DNA of 64,000 bases from Eledone cirrhosa (GCA_964016885.1 OZ024740.1:197036001-197100000), one strand, 5' to 3'; positions 14,060 to 27,500 are shown, counted from the stretch's first letter. The notes: generated by a model from the letters alone, not told the origin. A program made the numbers and translations.

Positions 14060-15564
14060 TAGCCAAATGGTTACGAAGTTCATTTTGTGATGGCTTCAAT
14101 CCGACTGCATGACATCTTGGACAAGTGACATTTACAGAAGCCTTAGGTCAATACATACCTTGTGCGTGAAATTGAAACGACAGAAAGTGTTTGGAAGATT
14201 GTCAGTTGGACTATACCTATAACTCAAAAGCCAGTCTTTTTCATACAATGTGTCATGCTGAAATATTCTTGAGAATAACATTAAGAGTACACATATCTGT
14301 GGAATGCTCAGCCACTTATACATTCATGAATAGCCTATTTCATTGATCGAACAACTGGAACGCTCATTGTTGAAAGTGACTGAGATCCAATCTAGAGTTT
14401 ATTCATGCGTATCTAAATATTGTTAACATTGTTAACAGATATTATTTCCAAGAGGTTAGCTTTGCCTTTCATCCTTACGGGGTTGATAAAATAAAGCACC
14501 AGTAATGCACTGGGGTTGATTTAATTGACTTTCTCCTCCCCTTCAAATTGCTGTGCCTAAAGTAGAAACAATTATTTCCAAGAAAACAAAGACACAGTGA
14601 CCCTCAATTGTCATTCATGCCAATGTAGATCACCTGTGATTGGTCTGTGGGGAAACTGTTCACAAATTACAATAAAAACAAGAAATTGAAATGTATAAAA
14701 CATCTGGGATGGAGAACACCTACATGTAGACATCTTGAGTCATATCCAAGAAAAAATATGTCTGTCTGATAGCCGCGAGCTTATTTTTATATTTTATCTT
14801 CCCTCTGACTATGCAAACACTCCGACTGTGGTTTATGCTCTACTGAAAACGTTAGGTCTCTCTGACCCAAACCTAGTTCTGTTTGATGCTCATGTCTAGC
14901 AAGATAGAGAAAGAAGGGGAGAAACAAAAGATCCTGGTGCTGCGAGGAGAGAAACAGGAGAATGGGTGGAGAAGATGAGGAACAGAAGTTATTGTTGAGG
15001 TGGTGGGATGAAATTAGGGTATAATTTGTGGCAGAAGCAACCTACAAAGCTCTTTTGAAGGGATTCACATAATGCATATCTAATCTGTGTCAATTTACAG
15101 CTGACACAGAATACAGTAATAACTATTGTAAAGTTTGCCACATGCCTTTTATTAAAAATCATTGACTATCATTTGTTTAAAAGACCAGGATATAGTTTTT
15201 CTTATATATTGCCATGATTCATCATTACCATCATCATCATCATTTAATATCTACTTTCCTTACAGTCCTAATCAAGTCTACCCCAGCCCAAACATCCTTA
15301 GCCATCTGCAGACCTCAGATCTAGAGTTACGGCCCTCCTAGATGGGTTGAAAAATCATGTCTTGTTCATACGTTCCACTTCGTGGCATGGCTTCTATGAT
15401 TGGATGATTATCCTAGCATCAACTACTTTATAGAGTGTACTGAGTGTCATTTTATTATAGCACCAGCACTAGAGAATCTTGTAATATCCTTGTCAAGACT
15501 GAAATGTCCTACATTGCCTCTGTTTGATTGTCATCCATTTTACAGAATATTGGATGCAGTTATT

Positions 15565-15830
15565 ATCATCATCATCATCGTTTAATGTCTATTTTCCATG
15601 CTAGCATGAGTTAGATGGATTTGTCCCATTTGAAGTAAGTTGGGTTGGGTGACTGTGTCTCGCTCATATAGGACTGTTTCTGGCTGGTTTTCTACGGTTT
15701 GGTTCCCTTGCTAACGCCAACCACATTTACAGTGTGAGCTGGGTGCTTTTTTCCGTGTCTCCTACGCGACCACTTTACAGTGTAGGCTGGATATTTTATG
15801 ATACCAACATAATTTTACAGAGTAAGGTGG
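15565..15830 (-). mobile_element. RTE 3' UTR/tail fragment (a similar one lies at 44523-44703)
   Basis: catcatcgtttaatgtctattttccatgctagcatgagttagatgg matches the RTE terminal stem-loop on the minus strand. Confidence 0.75.
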
Positions 15831-16422
15831 TGTGGGCAGAAGTGGGAGGGAGATGTTGGGGTGTGGTGGGTGTATATTGGATGTGTGTGTGTGTGTGTTT
15901 GTACTTATGTATGTGTATATGTGTTTATCTGTGTGTATGCACAGTTGGTTGTATTATGGTATATGTATAACATTATGTTACATAGTTTGTGTTTTGTACT
16001 TTTGTAATATTATATGTTTGTACATCATCATAATTATCATCACCACAACAACCAATACCATAATCATCATCATTCGTGGAGTTAAAATAAGTATCAGTCA
16101 GATACTGATATCAATTAGAATCTAATTATTAGATCAACTGCACCCTTCATCACAATTAAGTCAATTGCACTCATCCCTTGCAATTAAATCAATTGCACCC
16201 CAATCCTCACAGTTTAATCACCTGCACACCTCCTTCACAAATTTGTGGTCTTGTGCCTATGTTTGAATCATCAGTATTGTTCAAGTGCTGAGATCAATTT
16301 AATTGACAATACCTTTCTCCTAAGGTTGTGGCTTTGCATATGTATTAGAAATTATTATCATCATTATTGTTGTTGTTGTTGTTATCATCAGTAGTAGTAG
16401 TAGTAGTATGATGATGATGATG

Positions 16423-16575
16423 TTGGCTGTATTAAGAAGTTCACTTTGAAACCACATGGTTTTGGGTTCAGTCCCACTGTATGACACGTTGAGCAAGTGT
16501 CTTCTACTATAACCCCAAAATGATCAAAGCCTTGTGTGCAAATTTGGTAGACAGAAACTATGGAAGCCCATTGTG
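16423..16575 (+). mobile_element. tRNA-derived SINE family 3
   Basis: ttaagaagtt...aaccacatggtt...ggttcagtcccactg...gcaagtgtcttctactata...aaagccttgtg...atttggtagacagaaact...gaagcccattg, followed by (tg/ta)n. Copies at about 9245-9350, 13885-14030, 48130-48285, 55215-55330, 61910-62070 (+) and 45730-45870 (-). Confidence 0.85.
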
Positions 16576-16944
16576 TGTGTGTATATATCATCTAAGGCCT
16601 CCTTCGGACAGGGCTGACCATGGGTATTATCCTATTGTCAGCTTGGCTGAAGCAGCGTCTCCGGTACCTAATATATATGCATGAGATGATGAGAGCAGAT
16701 CTCAAATCGCTGGAACTCAAATGCAGATGACAAAGGAACGCAACAAATAGAAGGATGCTGAGCTAGAGTAGACCTGTCCAACCCATGCATGCATGGAAAA
16801 ACAGATGAAAAATTATGATAATGATGATGATTACCTTCTCTCTTGTCAATCTAGACCACCACTATCACCCATTCACCTAACACATTTTCATTTTGATTTT
16901 GTATATGTTGAGTTTCAAGAATCAAACTTTATTTCTATTTTCAG

Positions 16945-17090
16945 ACGTTACAGACGCAGTATGGGTGAGGAAACAGAACCTGCTGATGACGATATGGAAG
17001 TAATGGATGAACGGATGGCAGCTTTGGTCCTTACAAGCTTGTCCTGTAGCCCGGCTTCTCCAAAAACCCCTGCTATGTTTGGAGAAAGAA
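16945..17090 (+). CDS. ZNF704: Exon A of a ZNF704/ZNF395/SLC2A4RG(GLUT4EF)-family zinc-finger transcription factor (CR1-type motif)
   Basis: Acceptor tttctattttcag| ends at 16944 and donor |gtatgt starts at 17091. Encodes RYRRSMGEETEPADDDMEVMDERMAALVLTSLSCSPASPKTPAMFGER; MDExMAAxVLTSLSCSP is the family signature. Ends in phase 1, matching exon B. The symbol is family-level; orthology to ZNF704 versus ZNF395 cannot be resolved here. Confidence 0.88.
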
Positions 17091-18175
17091 GTATGTTTTA
17101 TCTATTTGTATATATCTTATATTCTATATAACTGGTCTTTTATATTTATTTTTTTAATTATATCTAATATTTCTGCTCCTCCTCCCGAGTAAAAATACAG
17201 AAACCAACTAATGTGGGTAGGATGGATTTTCAAATTCATGTATTTGCCTGACAGTTTTATTGCTAATCATTCAATTCTAAAGAGGAAGTTTACTGTTTGA
17301 GAAACAGGTCATTAACCCTTTCATGACAGTATTTCTAATTTGAAGAATTTTAGGGGATTTACTGAAATTATTGATTATTTCATTGCTGTTATAGTAACTT
17401 AGCATATGGTTTTTATATTAATTTATGTTAAAAGATTATAAATTAAATAGAAACTCATTCTTGTAACATAAGCATCATGGTGCATTCCCTCCAATCACTT
17501 AAATCCTTTTCTAGAGAAGCTTGGTGATTTAATTGAAGACCAAATTACACTGTTGATGTTTAATATTTAACCATTCAACCCCAATTTATACCAATACTAT
17601 AAAAAAAAGAGTAAAGCACTGCTACAGTATTAATTGGGTAACATTGTGTCGAAAGATAAGTCTCAACTTGTTTTTGTTGATGCTATTGGAACTCTTACAA
17701 AGAAAGCAGTGTTCTAAAATCTAGTTGCTGTTATTCAGCTGTTAATTGAGTATTTTTTGTTTCTTTGTGTTTTTGTGTGTTTTTATCAAAAGATAGATTT
17801 CAGCTACATTTGTTGTTGCTGTTATTTATCAATACTGCAACTGTATCCTTTACAAAGTAAACAAGCTTCTATAGAAACCTATTTTAAATAAAAAAAAACA
17901 AAAACAAACAAAAAAACAAGTTTTCTAACTAAATATTCCAGTTTTAAACTTGCAGGGTTTATCATTATCATCATCATCATCTTTACATCTGCTTATTCAT
18001 GTTACCATGCTTTGGGCAAGACTTTTGTGAGGTAATTTTACTATGACCAGATACCAACTCATAATTCATATGTATGGTATACACTGCTCATCTCCACTGA
18101 ATAACTACACCGTTGTATTTACATGAGCTATAAATAACACCATTGCCTTTAAATGTTGTCACTATGAAGATGCAG

Positions 18176-18208
<33 letters not shown>

Positions 18209-18539
18209 GTGTTTGTGTGAGAGAGAGAAAGAAAGAAAGATAGAGGGGGGAGGGTTAATATCTCCATTTAAGGACCGACTTGGTCTATGATGATCCCTCT
18301 AACCCTTATTGGTAGAGAGATTTCATGTTGCCTTCTCTAGTAAGTTTTCAGCTCTTAGAAAGATTCAAGCTCAGCATAAATCATGAGTTATTCATATAGA
18401 CATAAAGAGAAGGAAGTTTCTCCTTGATCAGTAAAGTGGTTACATAAAATATTTGGAACAGGAGAGCCAAATATAACCACTGGAAAAGTAAAGTAGACTT
18501 TGAGAGAAGATATAGTAGTTGGAGAAAAAATGCTGTCAA

Positions 18540-19145
18540 TGAATCACTGCCACCATTACATATTAATCTTAGCCCAATGAAATAATTTGTAAAAACCTTG
18601 AACAAAGAAGGTATCTGCTTTGGCTACTTATCAGTAAATTGACTGAACTGAACATACAAAAAGTTAAAGAAAAGATTTTCATGATTCATAGATAAGAAAG
18701 CTTATGAAAGATCCATTTAATATATTAAATGGACAATACTAAATCCTATGTATGGTCTCCATTTGTTCTAGTTATCAAAAACATTTTTTGGTGACCATGA
18801 AACAGACAACTACTCTGAATTAGTAGAAGGCATTATTTCCAATTTTAATAAGATTGGATGTAACATAAGCATCATGGTCCATTAACTCCAATCACTTAGA
18901 TCACTTCCCTGAGCTGTAGTGCACCTGAGCACTGTACACAATAATTTTCATTATTATCATTATTATCATTTCATTATTAAAAGCGTGGTGATTTAAAAGA
19001 AGAAATATTTCATCAGTATATAAAAAACAATGAAAGAAATGTACTAGGGATTGTCTGATGGTAGATAACTGTTGGAACATTCAATGTGATCGTCCAGATA
19101 GATCTCACTCTAGAAAGTTCTATAAAAGTAGCTTCTTATGTCTTG
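18540..19145 (+). mobile_element. Decayed DNA transposase (Chapaev3/CMC-like C-terminal region)
   Basis: LPPLHINLSPMK*FVKTLNKEGICFGYL; KTFFGDHETDNYSELVEGIISNFNKIGCNISIMVH; LDHFPE; FHQYIK; DNCWNIQCD. These follow the LPPLHIKLGLMKQFVKAL...LGCNMSIKVH..HSHLD.FPENLG...FHQDI...DYCW pattern. The superfamily name is from memory. A second fragment lies at 17460-17540. Confidence 0.75.
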
Positions 19146-19235
19146 AATAACTGACTGGCCATTTCATGCTTTATATTATTCTACCAGTTCCATGCTGAAT
19201 TACAAGGCTTTTAGTGAATTTCTATCATTATGGGA

Positions 19236-19577
19236 TGGAGGCACATGGCTTAGTGATTAGAGAGCATTAGCCTTGCAATCGAAAGGTTGTGAGTTCAATT
19301 CTCAGACTGGGTGATGTGTTGTTTCCTTGAGCAAGACACTTTATTTCACATTGCTCCAGTTTACTCAGCTGTAGAAATGAGATGATAGAGAGTGGGGTCC
19401 CTATCATTCCACTTTGAAGGTGCCACGGCAAAAAATCACCCAGCACTCACTGTAAATGAGTTGGTGTTAGAAAGGGCATCCAGCTGTAGAAATCAAGCCA
19501 GAATCAGTTCCCGTCCCACCCTTGCAAGCAGGGAAAAGCGGACATAAAATGATGATGATCATCATCATCATCATCAC
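19236..19577 (+). mobile_element. CORE-type SINE (family 2) with chimeric A/B RTE tail
   Basis: Same head and CORE as 6830; tail is subfamily A to about 19511, then the subfamily B terminus cgtcccacccttgcaagcagggaaaagcggacataaaatgatgatg. Confidence 0.85.
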
Positions 19578-20309
19578 TGATGTAACATCACTCATTATTA
19601 CTTGTCTTTTACCCAATACAATTGATTCAGTTGATCATAACGACCCCAGTTTTTAATTTTTTATATCTGGTTTTTATTTTATTGATACATATATATTTCT
19701 TTTTTGCTTGTTCAGTCATTAGACTGTGACTGTGTGTGTGTGTGCTCACACTAAGACAAAACCCATGAGTAAACTTTTTTAGGCTTTCAGATTTTTTTCC
19801 CTTTTTCTCAGAAATATTTTTCAAACAATATAATGAAATTAATGTGTATTCAATAATGAAAGCATTAGTATATAGTACTCTTTCACTTTCTATAATGAAA
19901 GTGATGTGATGACTGAATTACAAAGCTATTGGTGAATTTCTATCATTATCAATGATGTAACATCATTCTTTTCATTACTTTTCTCTTTCCCAATACAATT
20001 CCTTTTTTAATATGAATGACATTCTTTTGACTATGTTAGACTATTATATCCATGTATGTGTGTGTGTATATATATATGTGTATGTGTGTGTGTATATGTA
20101 TATATATATGTGTGTGTGTGTGTGTGTATATATATACATATATATACACACACATATATATATATATATATATAAACAGTTGATTGACAAGATCCCAGAG
20201 CTCATTCACTTAACAATTGGGGTGGAGCTTGTCAGATTGGACTGAGGAAACAATGTTTCCATGGGTCTTTCCAATTGCTAATACTATCCGTCAGTCGCAA
20301 ATCCAGGCA

Positions 20310-20387
<78 letters not shown>

Positions 20388-21119
20388 ATAAACATAAACC
20401 TTGTACTAAGGTTTGGCTTAGTGAAACTACAAATGCCATTTGCCATTTCCTGCTTACTATATGTGGCTAGTTGAAAACGTGACTAATGTAACGTGTGGGT
20501 TTTCTGGAAAGGAAATTCCAGTTTTTAAATATTTTATTTTATTTTGTTGTTTTTCCGTTTTGTTTGTTTATTCGTTTTTTTCTGTTATTTTTGTTTTATG
20601 TCGTGAAATACTAAGAAATGATTATCTAGATTGATTAATTTTTTTAAAATATTTTACTTATTTCCCACTTTTGACAAACTGAATTATTTCAGAACTTATC
20701 ATAGTTCCTGGATATATGTTCTCATGCACACACATATATTTATTCACAAGTACACATGTACACATATATTTAGTCATACTTACATATCACATGTATTTAA
20801 TCACACATGTGCACATATTTTTTTCTACATGTATTTAACAGGTTAGTAACTCCTCCTGAATACTAACTCTGTCTGTGGAGACCTGACTATCCTTGTTAAC
20901 AGGGAAGACAGACATTAGAAGATAATAGTAATACGCACACATATTTAGTCACATATGTATAAGTATATTTAGTCACACATGCACACAAGCAATATTAGAG
21001 ACAAAGACAAAAACATGCTCTATATTAAAAGTTAGTTTACCCATTTGACATCAATATCACATTGAAAGTAAATGTGAATAGCTAAAGACTTAGATATAAG
21101 TAATTTGTATAATTGTCAT

Positions 21120-21400
21120 TGTGTATGGTCAAGTGGTAAGGATGTTGAGCTCATAGTTTATCATGGGTTAAATTCCTAGGCAGTATGATACATTGAATCC
21201 AGGAATAAGGCATGTCACATTGCTCAAGTCCACTCAGCCTAAAAATGAATTTCAGCAGTAACTGGGAGATTAAATAACCATGCAATGGTTTTCTAACCAT
21301 AGAATGAGTTTTCTACTCTACTCTCAGTCGCTTAATTTTCATGCAACTAGGATAGACTCCATCCAGCTTGATGAGCTTCTAGACTCAAGACAGACTTGAA
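21120..21400 (+). mobile_element. Older CORE-type SINE with a non-RTE tail (also 2000-2380 + and 5685-5890 -)
   Basis: tRNA-like head, ttgctc.agtccactcagc..aaaatga core, tail ..gtcgcttaat..atg.aacta..g.tgatgagcttc..gactc.aga. Confidence 0.6.
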
Positions 21401-21841
21401 ATACTTTTCACCATTGTGGTTGACAATATCAAAGAAAACATTTATAAAAAGACCCAGATACTCCCTCACTAAATATCTACGCGTGCACACACACACACAC
21501 ACACACACATACATGTGTATAATAATCTCACTATTTTAGTCAATCTTAATGGAACATACTGGTAATTCTTCCTTACTTTTACCTGTTAAATAATTAGAAT
21601 TAAAATAATGATGCATAAGAATTTCTGACCCTTACAGTTTCAGCAAATATACTGGCCCATGTAGTTTGAGTTGACTATAAAAAAAAGAAGTGAGGTGGCG
21701 AGAGGGACTCAAATGTCTTGTCGTTGATTTTAGATAATTAAAACACATTTCCTTTTTTATTCCAGTAAATTCTCATTAATATTACCATTAATTGATTTTT
21801 TTTTGTTTGTTTCTTTTCCCCCTATTTTTGTTCTTTATTAG

Positions 21842-22071
21842 GCCAAAGTCTTCCTGAAAACCAGCAATCAAGTAGTTTGACTAGCAGTGGTGTGTTTAGT
21901 TATAATTCAGACCGCAGTGACCCATCCCCTCCTCTTTCAAACAGCACGCCTCTAGCTCCTAGCACAGGACTTAGTGGCTCATGGCCTCAAGATGAAGGGT
22001 TGGACCTTGAAGAAAACATACGAAGCTACTATGATGAATTCCCAGATGAGCTGAAAAGAAAGAAAGCACAA
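21842..22071 (+). CDS. ZNF704: Exon B of ZNF704/ZNF395-family gene (Ser/Pro-rich region and basic NLS-like KRKK)
   Basis: Long polypyrimidine tract and ttattag| acceptor; donor |gtaagg at 22072. The split codon a+gc (Ser) keeps the frame from exon A. Encodes SQSLPENQQSSSLTSSGVFSYNSDRSDPSPPLSNSTPLAPSTGLSGSWPQDEGLDLEENIRSYYDEFPDELKRKKAQ and ends in phase 0. Confidence 0.85.
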
Positions 22072-22104
22072 GTAAGGCTAAAAACTTTTCAAATATACAA
22101 TTAA

Positions 22105-22325
22105 CCCTTTCGCATTTACATTACTCTATATTTACTATTATATTTTCATGGTAAAGGCTTTAACTTACATAATTATCAGACATAATATTGAATCTATAAG
22201 ATTTTGATATTATTTATTTTGAGAACAATACCTTAACATCAGTATGAATGGTCGGTTACAACCGGTTTGAAGTGAAAGAGATAAGAGAATTCTGGCCAGA
22301 TATGGCCAGTTTAAATGCTGAAGGG
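22105..22325. mobile_element. piggyBac-type MITE
   Basis: TTAA|ccctttcgcattta...taaatgctgaaggg|TTAA; sits about 30 bp downstream of the exon B donor. Confidence 0.85.
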
Positions 22326-22998
22326 TTAATGACTTCTCTTATTGCAGAAACATTTCAATAACAATTCAGTCATCCTTTTGTTTTATATATATATAATTAT
22401 TTTTTCATATTCATTATCATTTTTATGTCCAATTTACCATGCTGACAGTGATTAGATAAGAATTTTTTTAAGGCAGATTTTCTATGGCGAGATGTCTTCC
22501 CTAGCTCTAACTCACACTTTATTATTTATAAACATAGTCTATATCACTCATCTATATCAACTCTTGTGTTGTGAGTTATATTATTTACATGTAACTTAAA
22601 CAAACTTGCTTTAAGCATCTGTATAAAGATACATGCAGTGAACTGACACACACTGAGAAAGAGACAGACCCAAACACACACACACTTTATATATATATAA
22701 TAGATTACGAGGACACCCTACATGTATCTTCTGGCCAGGATTGAACCCCTGTCCAGGATCTCTACTGTCTCTAATACATCCCACTATGCCACGGATAGAG
22801 ATACTTTATATCTATATATATATATAATTATTGAGTAAAATGACAGGAGGCCAGACTGGTGAAATTCCTTCAAAGATTTATTTTAGCAAACACAATTGAT
22901 GGATGGGTTGCATAACATTGAGTGCTTTTCCTAATATTACATCATGGTTTGCTATACAGAATGACCAGTTCTATCCAGTGGTGAACCACCAAACTTAA

Positions 22999-23041
<43 letters not shown>

Positions 23042-23280
23042 TACATGGGTGTGTATGATTGTGTATAGAAGATTATATTAATAAAAGGAATTCCAACTTT
23101 GTCTGATTTACTCGTTTTATTTACAATCCTTTAAAATTATAATGATATTATAATGAAATAGTATGGTAGAATATTAAATGTTAAATGTTAATTGAACAAG
23201 TACTTTCATGCTTTTGCAATCTTCAGGTTCATATTCAGTGGTGACAGTCAAGTTTGCAATTTTCACAGTTGAAAATTGCA

Positions 23281-23665
23281 AATGAGGCAAGCATGCTCCG
23301 TTGGATGTGCGATGTCAATGTGCGTGAACGACCCAGCATGGATGTGTTGAGAGAGAAACTGTGTCTAAGAGGGATAGAATGTAGTCTCCGAGAGAGGAGA
23401 CTGTGGTGGTGTGGACATGTGATGCCCAAGAAGGATGACCGATGGGTGAAGATGTGCCAGGAAATCCCAGTTGAAGGAAGACGTGGTAGAGGTAGACCAC
23501 GAAAAACATGGGCGGAGGTGGTGAGAACAGACCTCAGATCACTGAAGCTCACGGTGGAGATGACGAAGGACCGTGACAAGTGGAGGGATGCTGTGCTGAA
23601 TAAGATCCGTCCCACCCTTGCAAGCAGGGAAAAGCGGACGTAAAATGATGATGATGATGATGATG

Positions 23666-23667
<2 letters not shown>
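23281..23667 (+). mobile_element. RTE LINE 3' fragment (subfamily B)
   Basis: NEASMLRWMC...RGRPRKTWAEVV...TLASREKRT* plus (ATG)n tail; near-identical to 58548-58935. Confidence 0.93.
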
Positions 23668-23697
<30 letters not shown>

Positions 23698-24902
23698 ATA
23701 TGTATATATATTTTTATAAATATGTATATATATGTGTGTGTGTGTGTATATATATATATAGAAAGAGAGAGAGAGAAAGATGTAGGCATACAATGGACTT
23801 CCTTATAGTTTCCATCTACCTAATTTATTCACAAGATATTGGTTGGCCCAATATGCTATGCGGTAGGATGGAACTCTAAACCACACAATCATATTTGCAC
23901 CCACTAAATAATACATCCCACAACATGCAACATAGCAGTTGATGCAGATGAACCATATAGACCATGCTTATAAATTATAAAGTATGAGTTAGGGTCAGAA
24001 TGGGCATTTGACTGTAGAATATCTGCTTAAAATATTCCCATCTAACCAGTACCAGTGTGGGAAAGTGGACGTAAAAATAATGAAAGTTAATACATATTTA
24101 AAACTATTTTGAAGTCGTATGGTAAAGCTTAGCACTTTTAGTATTCTTTACTTTGTCGTTGACAACAAATCAACATTTTACTGTATGAGAAGAGGCATTC
24201 AGGTTTCCTATATTCAGAAGTATTGATGTAGAGCATATATTAACTCTTGATACATGTTTATTTGCTTGTGTGTGTACATATATGTCTATAAATATCTCCT
24301 CATATTGAAGAAAGACTAAATCTCAATCTCTCTAATGTAACCTTGCAAACTATTCATCATGGTTTATTTATTTATTCAATAGTGAAACCTAACAAATGTT
24401 AGTATTTGATGTATTTTGCTCTTCTATAAATAGTTAAATTAATCATGAAATTCTATATTTACCCCAGACTTTATTTCTCTTTCTTTATTTGTTGTTTTGT
24501 TCCAGTACATTTGTACAATTTAGTCCAGCAGCCATTAAATCTTTCTTTTTTTTTTTTGCACCAACTGACCAAATCTTTTGTTTATCCAAACATTGTTTTT
24601 TCTTATGCTTAACAAGATTGTTTAATAGATTTGTTTTTAATATTGCTTTCTCTACTGTGTAAATATTATGAACACGAGTTTTGTTGGATTTTTATTTTTA
24701 TTTATTGCCTAACAATACTTGAACATATTTAATATGTGTGTATGTATGTGTACTGATCATGCCAACATCACAGGTGTGCTGTGTTTAATGAGTTTATCAT
24801 TAGCATATGATGGACAAGGTATTTTAGATTTGTTAATAAAATGTCCACTGATATATTTATAATATTGATAATTTTTTTTCAATATGTTGTACCTGAATAC
24901 AG

Positions 24903-25050
24903 ATTTAATGTTTATGTGCATCTATATATATATGTATACACATTTAATATTTGTGTGCATCTATATATATGTATACACATGTAATGTTTGTGTGTATCTA
25001 TATATATGTATACACATTTAATGGTTATGTGTATCTATATATATATATTA
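24903..25050. repeat. About 38-bp tandem repeat, 4 copies
   Basis: atttaatgtttgtgtg(c/t)atc(ta)n tgtatacac units. Confidence 0.75.
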
Positions 25051-25554
25051 GTGAACACTATATGTAATAGGCAGGTGTAAACACATTGTATGTCAGTATA
25101 ATAAACAGTGTCATGGATAGAAAAAGAAGAAACCACTGAACTAGTTTCAATCCTATGTTGGGATTCCCATTTTCCATGGTGACACTGCTTATCAACTCAG
25201 TATTACTAAGGACTTGGGTAAATTTTATAGACAAATGTACAACTATAATGCAATCTTAGCAGCTAGTTCAGATAATAAATTACTGCTGTATTAATAGCTA
25301 GAGAGATTTTAGTCAGCATTATGTATATAGAGTTGTAAACATTTTGTTTTTGTATACAATGACTTTAAAGACAGAAAAGGGGGAAACCGTCAAAGATATT
25401 TAATATAAAGACAAATTGTTTATGTTTGTCTATAACAGATTACCTTAGTACTTGACAAACATTTTTTTTATTAATACCATTTTTTTTTTTATTTCATATC
25501 AGGTGTTAGTAATAGTTAATTTAGGACATGGCTGTCATATATTGTTCATGATCA

Positions 25555-26222
25555 TCATCATTAGTTTTATGTCTGTTTTCTATGCTGACATGTGTTGGGA
25601 AGGTTGTCAGAGTTTGAGAATAGATGGGTTGGTGCAGCTTTATCTCACTCATAGGTTCCATATTTGGTGTGGTTTCTAAAGCTGTATGCCTTTCCTAACA
25701 CCATTTACCTTTCCAGGGTGTACTGTGTGTTTTTTTTTCATGGCACCAGCACTGCAAATTTACAAAGTGGACTGGGTGCTTTATCATGGCAACAGTACTA
25801 CCACCCACCTTACTGGGTTAACTGAGTGCATGTTATGGCAACAATACTACCACCTTACAGGGTGGATTGGGTGCATTTAATCATGGCACTAGCACCAGAG
25901 AGGTTGTAAGATCATCCAGATTGAAGAGTCCACTCAAATTCTATATTGTCTCCATTGGATTGTCAGCACTGTAGCCTTCAGTCTTTCACCACATTTACTT
26001 TTAGTGTCACAGTTCTTGTACTGGTGGACAAGTCTTTTATATTATGGCATATCACCAGTCTGCTTGGTCCTGTGTGATCTCTTTCATAAGGTTCAGTTTC
26101 TTTTAAGTCATTCCTCACAACTTTTTCCCATACCTTGGTCTTCCTCTTCCACAGCTTCCTTCCATTTTAAATGCTCAGTACATTTTTATACAACTCTTAC
26201 TCTCTTTACACATCACATGCCT
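25555..26222 (-). mobile_element. Old, decayed RTE LINE 3' fragment
   Basis: Minus strand HVMCKESKSCIK...MEGSCGRGRPR at about 26220-26130, followed by a diverged 3' UTR. Confidence 0.65.
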
Positions 26223-27379
26223 ATATGTGTGTGTGTATGCTAGATTAAATGGTCCTATCCAGTACTTTAAAAACATGATTAATGACTAAAAACAGAACAT
26301 AGCTTATCAATACTTTGGCCTTATCTGCAAATATTAATCTAAGTAATACATTATCCGTATTATTGTCACTGTCATGTTAATTTTTCTATTTATGGCATTT
26401 CTACATTTTTTCATCCTGTAGCTTGTAGCTTTTCTCTGTTGGTTTTTTTTTTTATATAATGGCTAAAATAAATTTAACACTTGTTGTGTATTTTCTTTTA
26501 TTCTTTTGCTGGTTTTTGCTCATTAGATTGCAGCCATGCTGATACACCACCTTCAAGGAATTAGTCAATGTTGTTGTTATTGTCATTGTTGTTTATATTC
26601 ATGTTGGCCCTGATTAAGCAAATCTATGATCAAAGAACATGACCATCCCATGTTATTTTCATTCAGTTGTATTACCTATACCATATTCAATGTGTGCTTC
26701 CTTTTTTAAGCACCAGGATGTGATTGAAATAAATTTGGTTGCTGGTTCTAGCAAGTCAAGAAACAGAGTTGTAACAAACTGTTCTTTCTCTGGCTCTCTG
26801 TACTATGAGTTCAGATCATGCTAAGACCATGCTTGGGTGGTAGATTTAATCCATTGCTCAGTTCAACACCACCACTACCACCTGGCTTTTGGGTGCTTTT
26901 AATGGAGTCCACTTTGATGCAAGCATTTAGGCCAGGTTTCATAGATCTGTTGAGTCAGTGCTAACATTGTTATAACCACAACCACCAAACTAATATGTCC
27001 TAATATTAAAAAAATTCATTAAATTCAGCTCCCCCATCTAAAGTGTTTTTCATTATATCTTTGAATTATTTTATCTAAATTTTTATTTTCCAAGCAACTT
27101 GTCTAAATTTGTCTTCCAATTTGACATAATGCAATGAAAAAAGTCATTAATTGACAATTAGTCAATTACTTTTTCTTCTCTTTTCCATTCCCCTCTCACA
27201 ATATTTTAATGGGGTTTTTTGGGGGTTTTTTTCTGCTTCTCTCATAATTTTAAAGAGAAGAAAGATTATCAGTGAGAAAATAAATGTGATAATCTATTTG
27301 CTCCAAGCTCAATTGAAAATTCCAAGAGTAGAATTGCACTACTGACTCCACACCACCAAGTGTTATCAGTGTATCATTG

Positions 27380-27500
27380 AGTGGAGTGTGGGTGAATGAC
27401 TGATGTGGAGTGTGGGTGAATGGGTGATGTGGGGCATGGGTGAATGGCTGGTGTAGGGCATGGGTGAATGGCTGGTGTGGGGGATGGGATGGTGGTGGAT
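27380..27500. repeat. G-rich 24-bp degenerate tandem repeat
   Basis: About 4-5 copies of gtggggcatgggtgaatggctggt. Confidence 0.8.
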
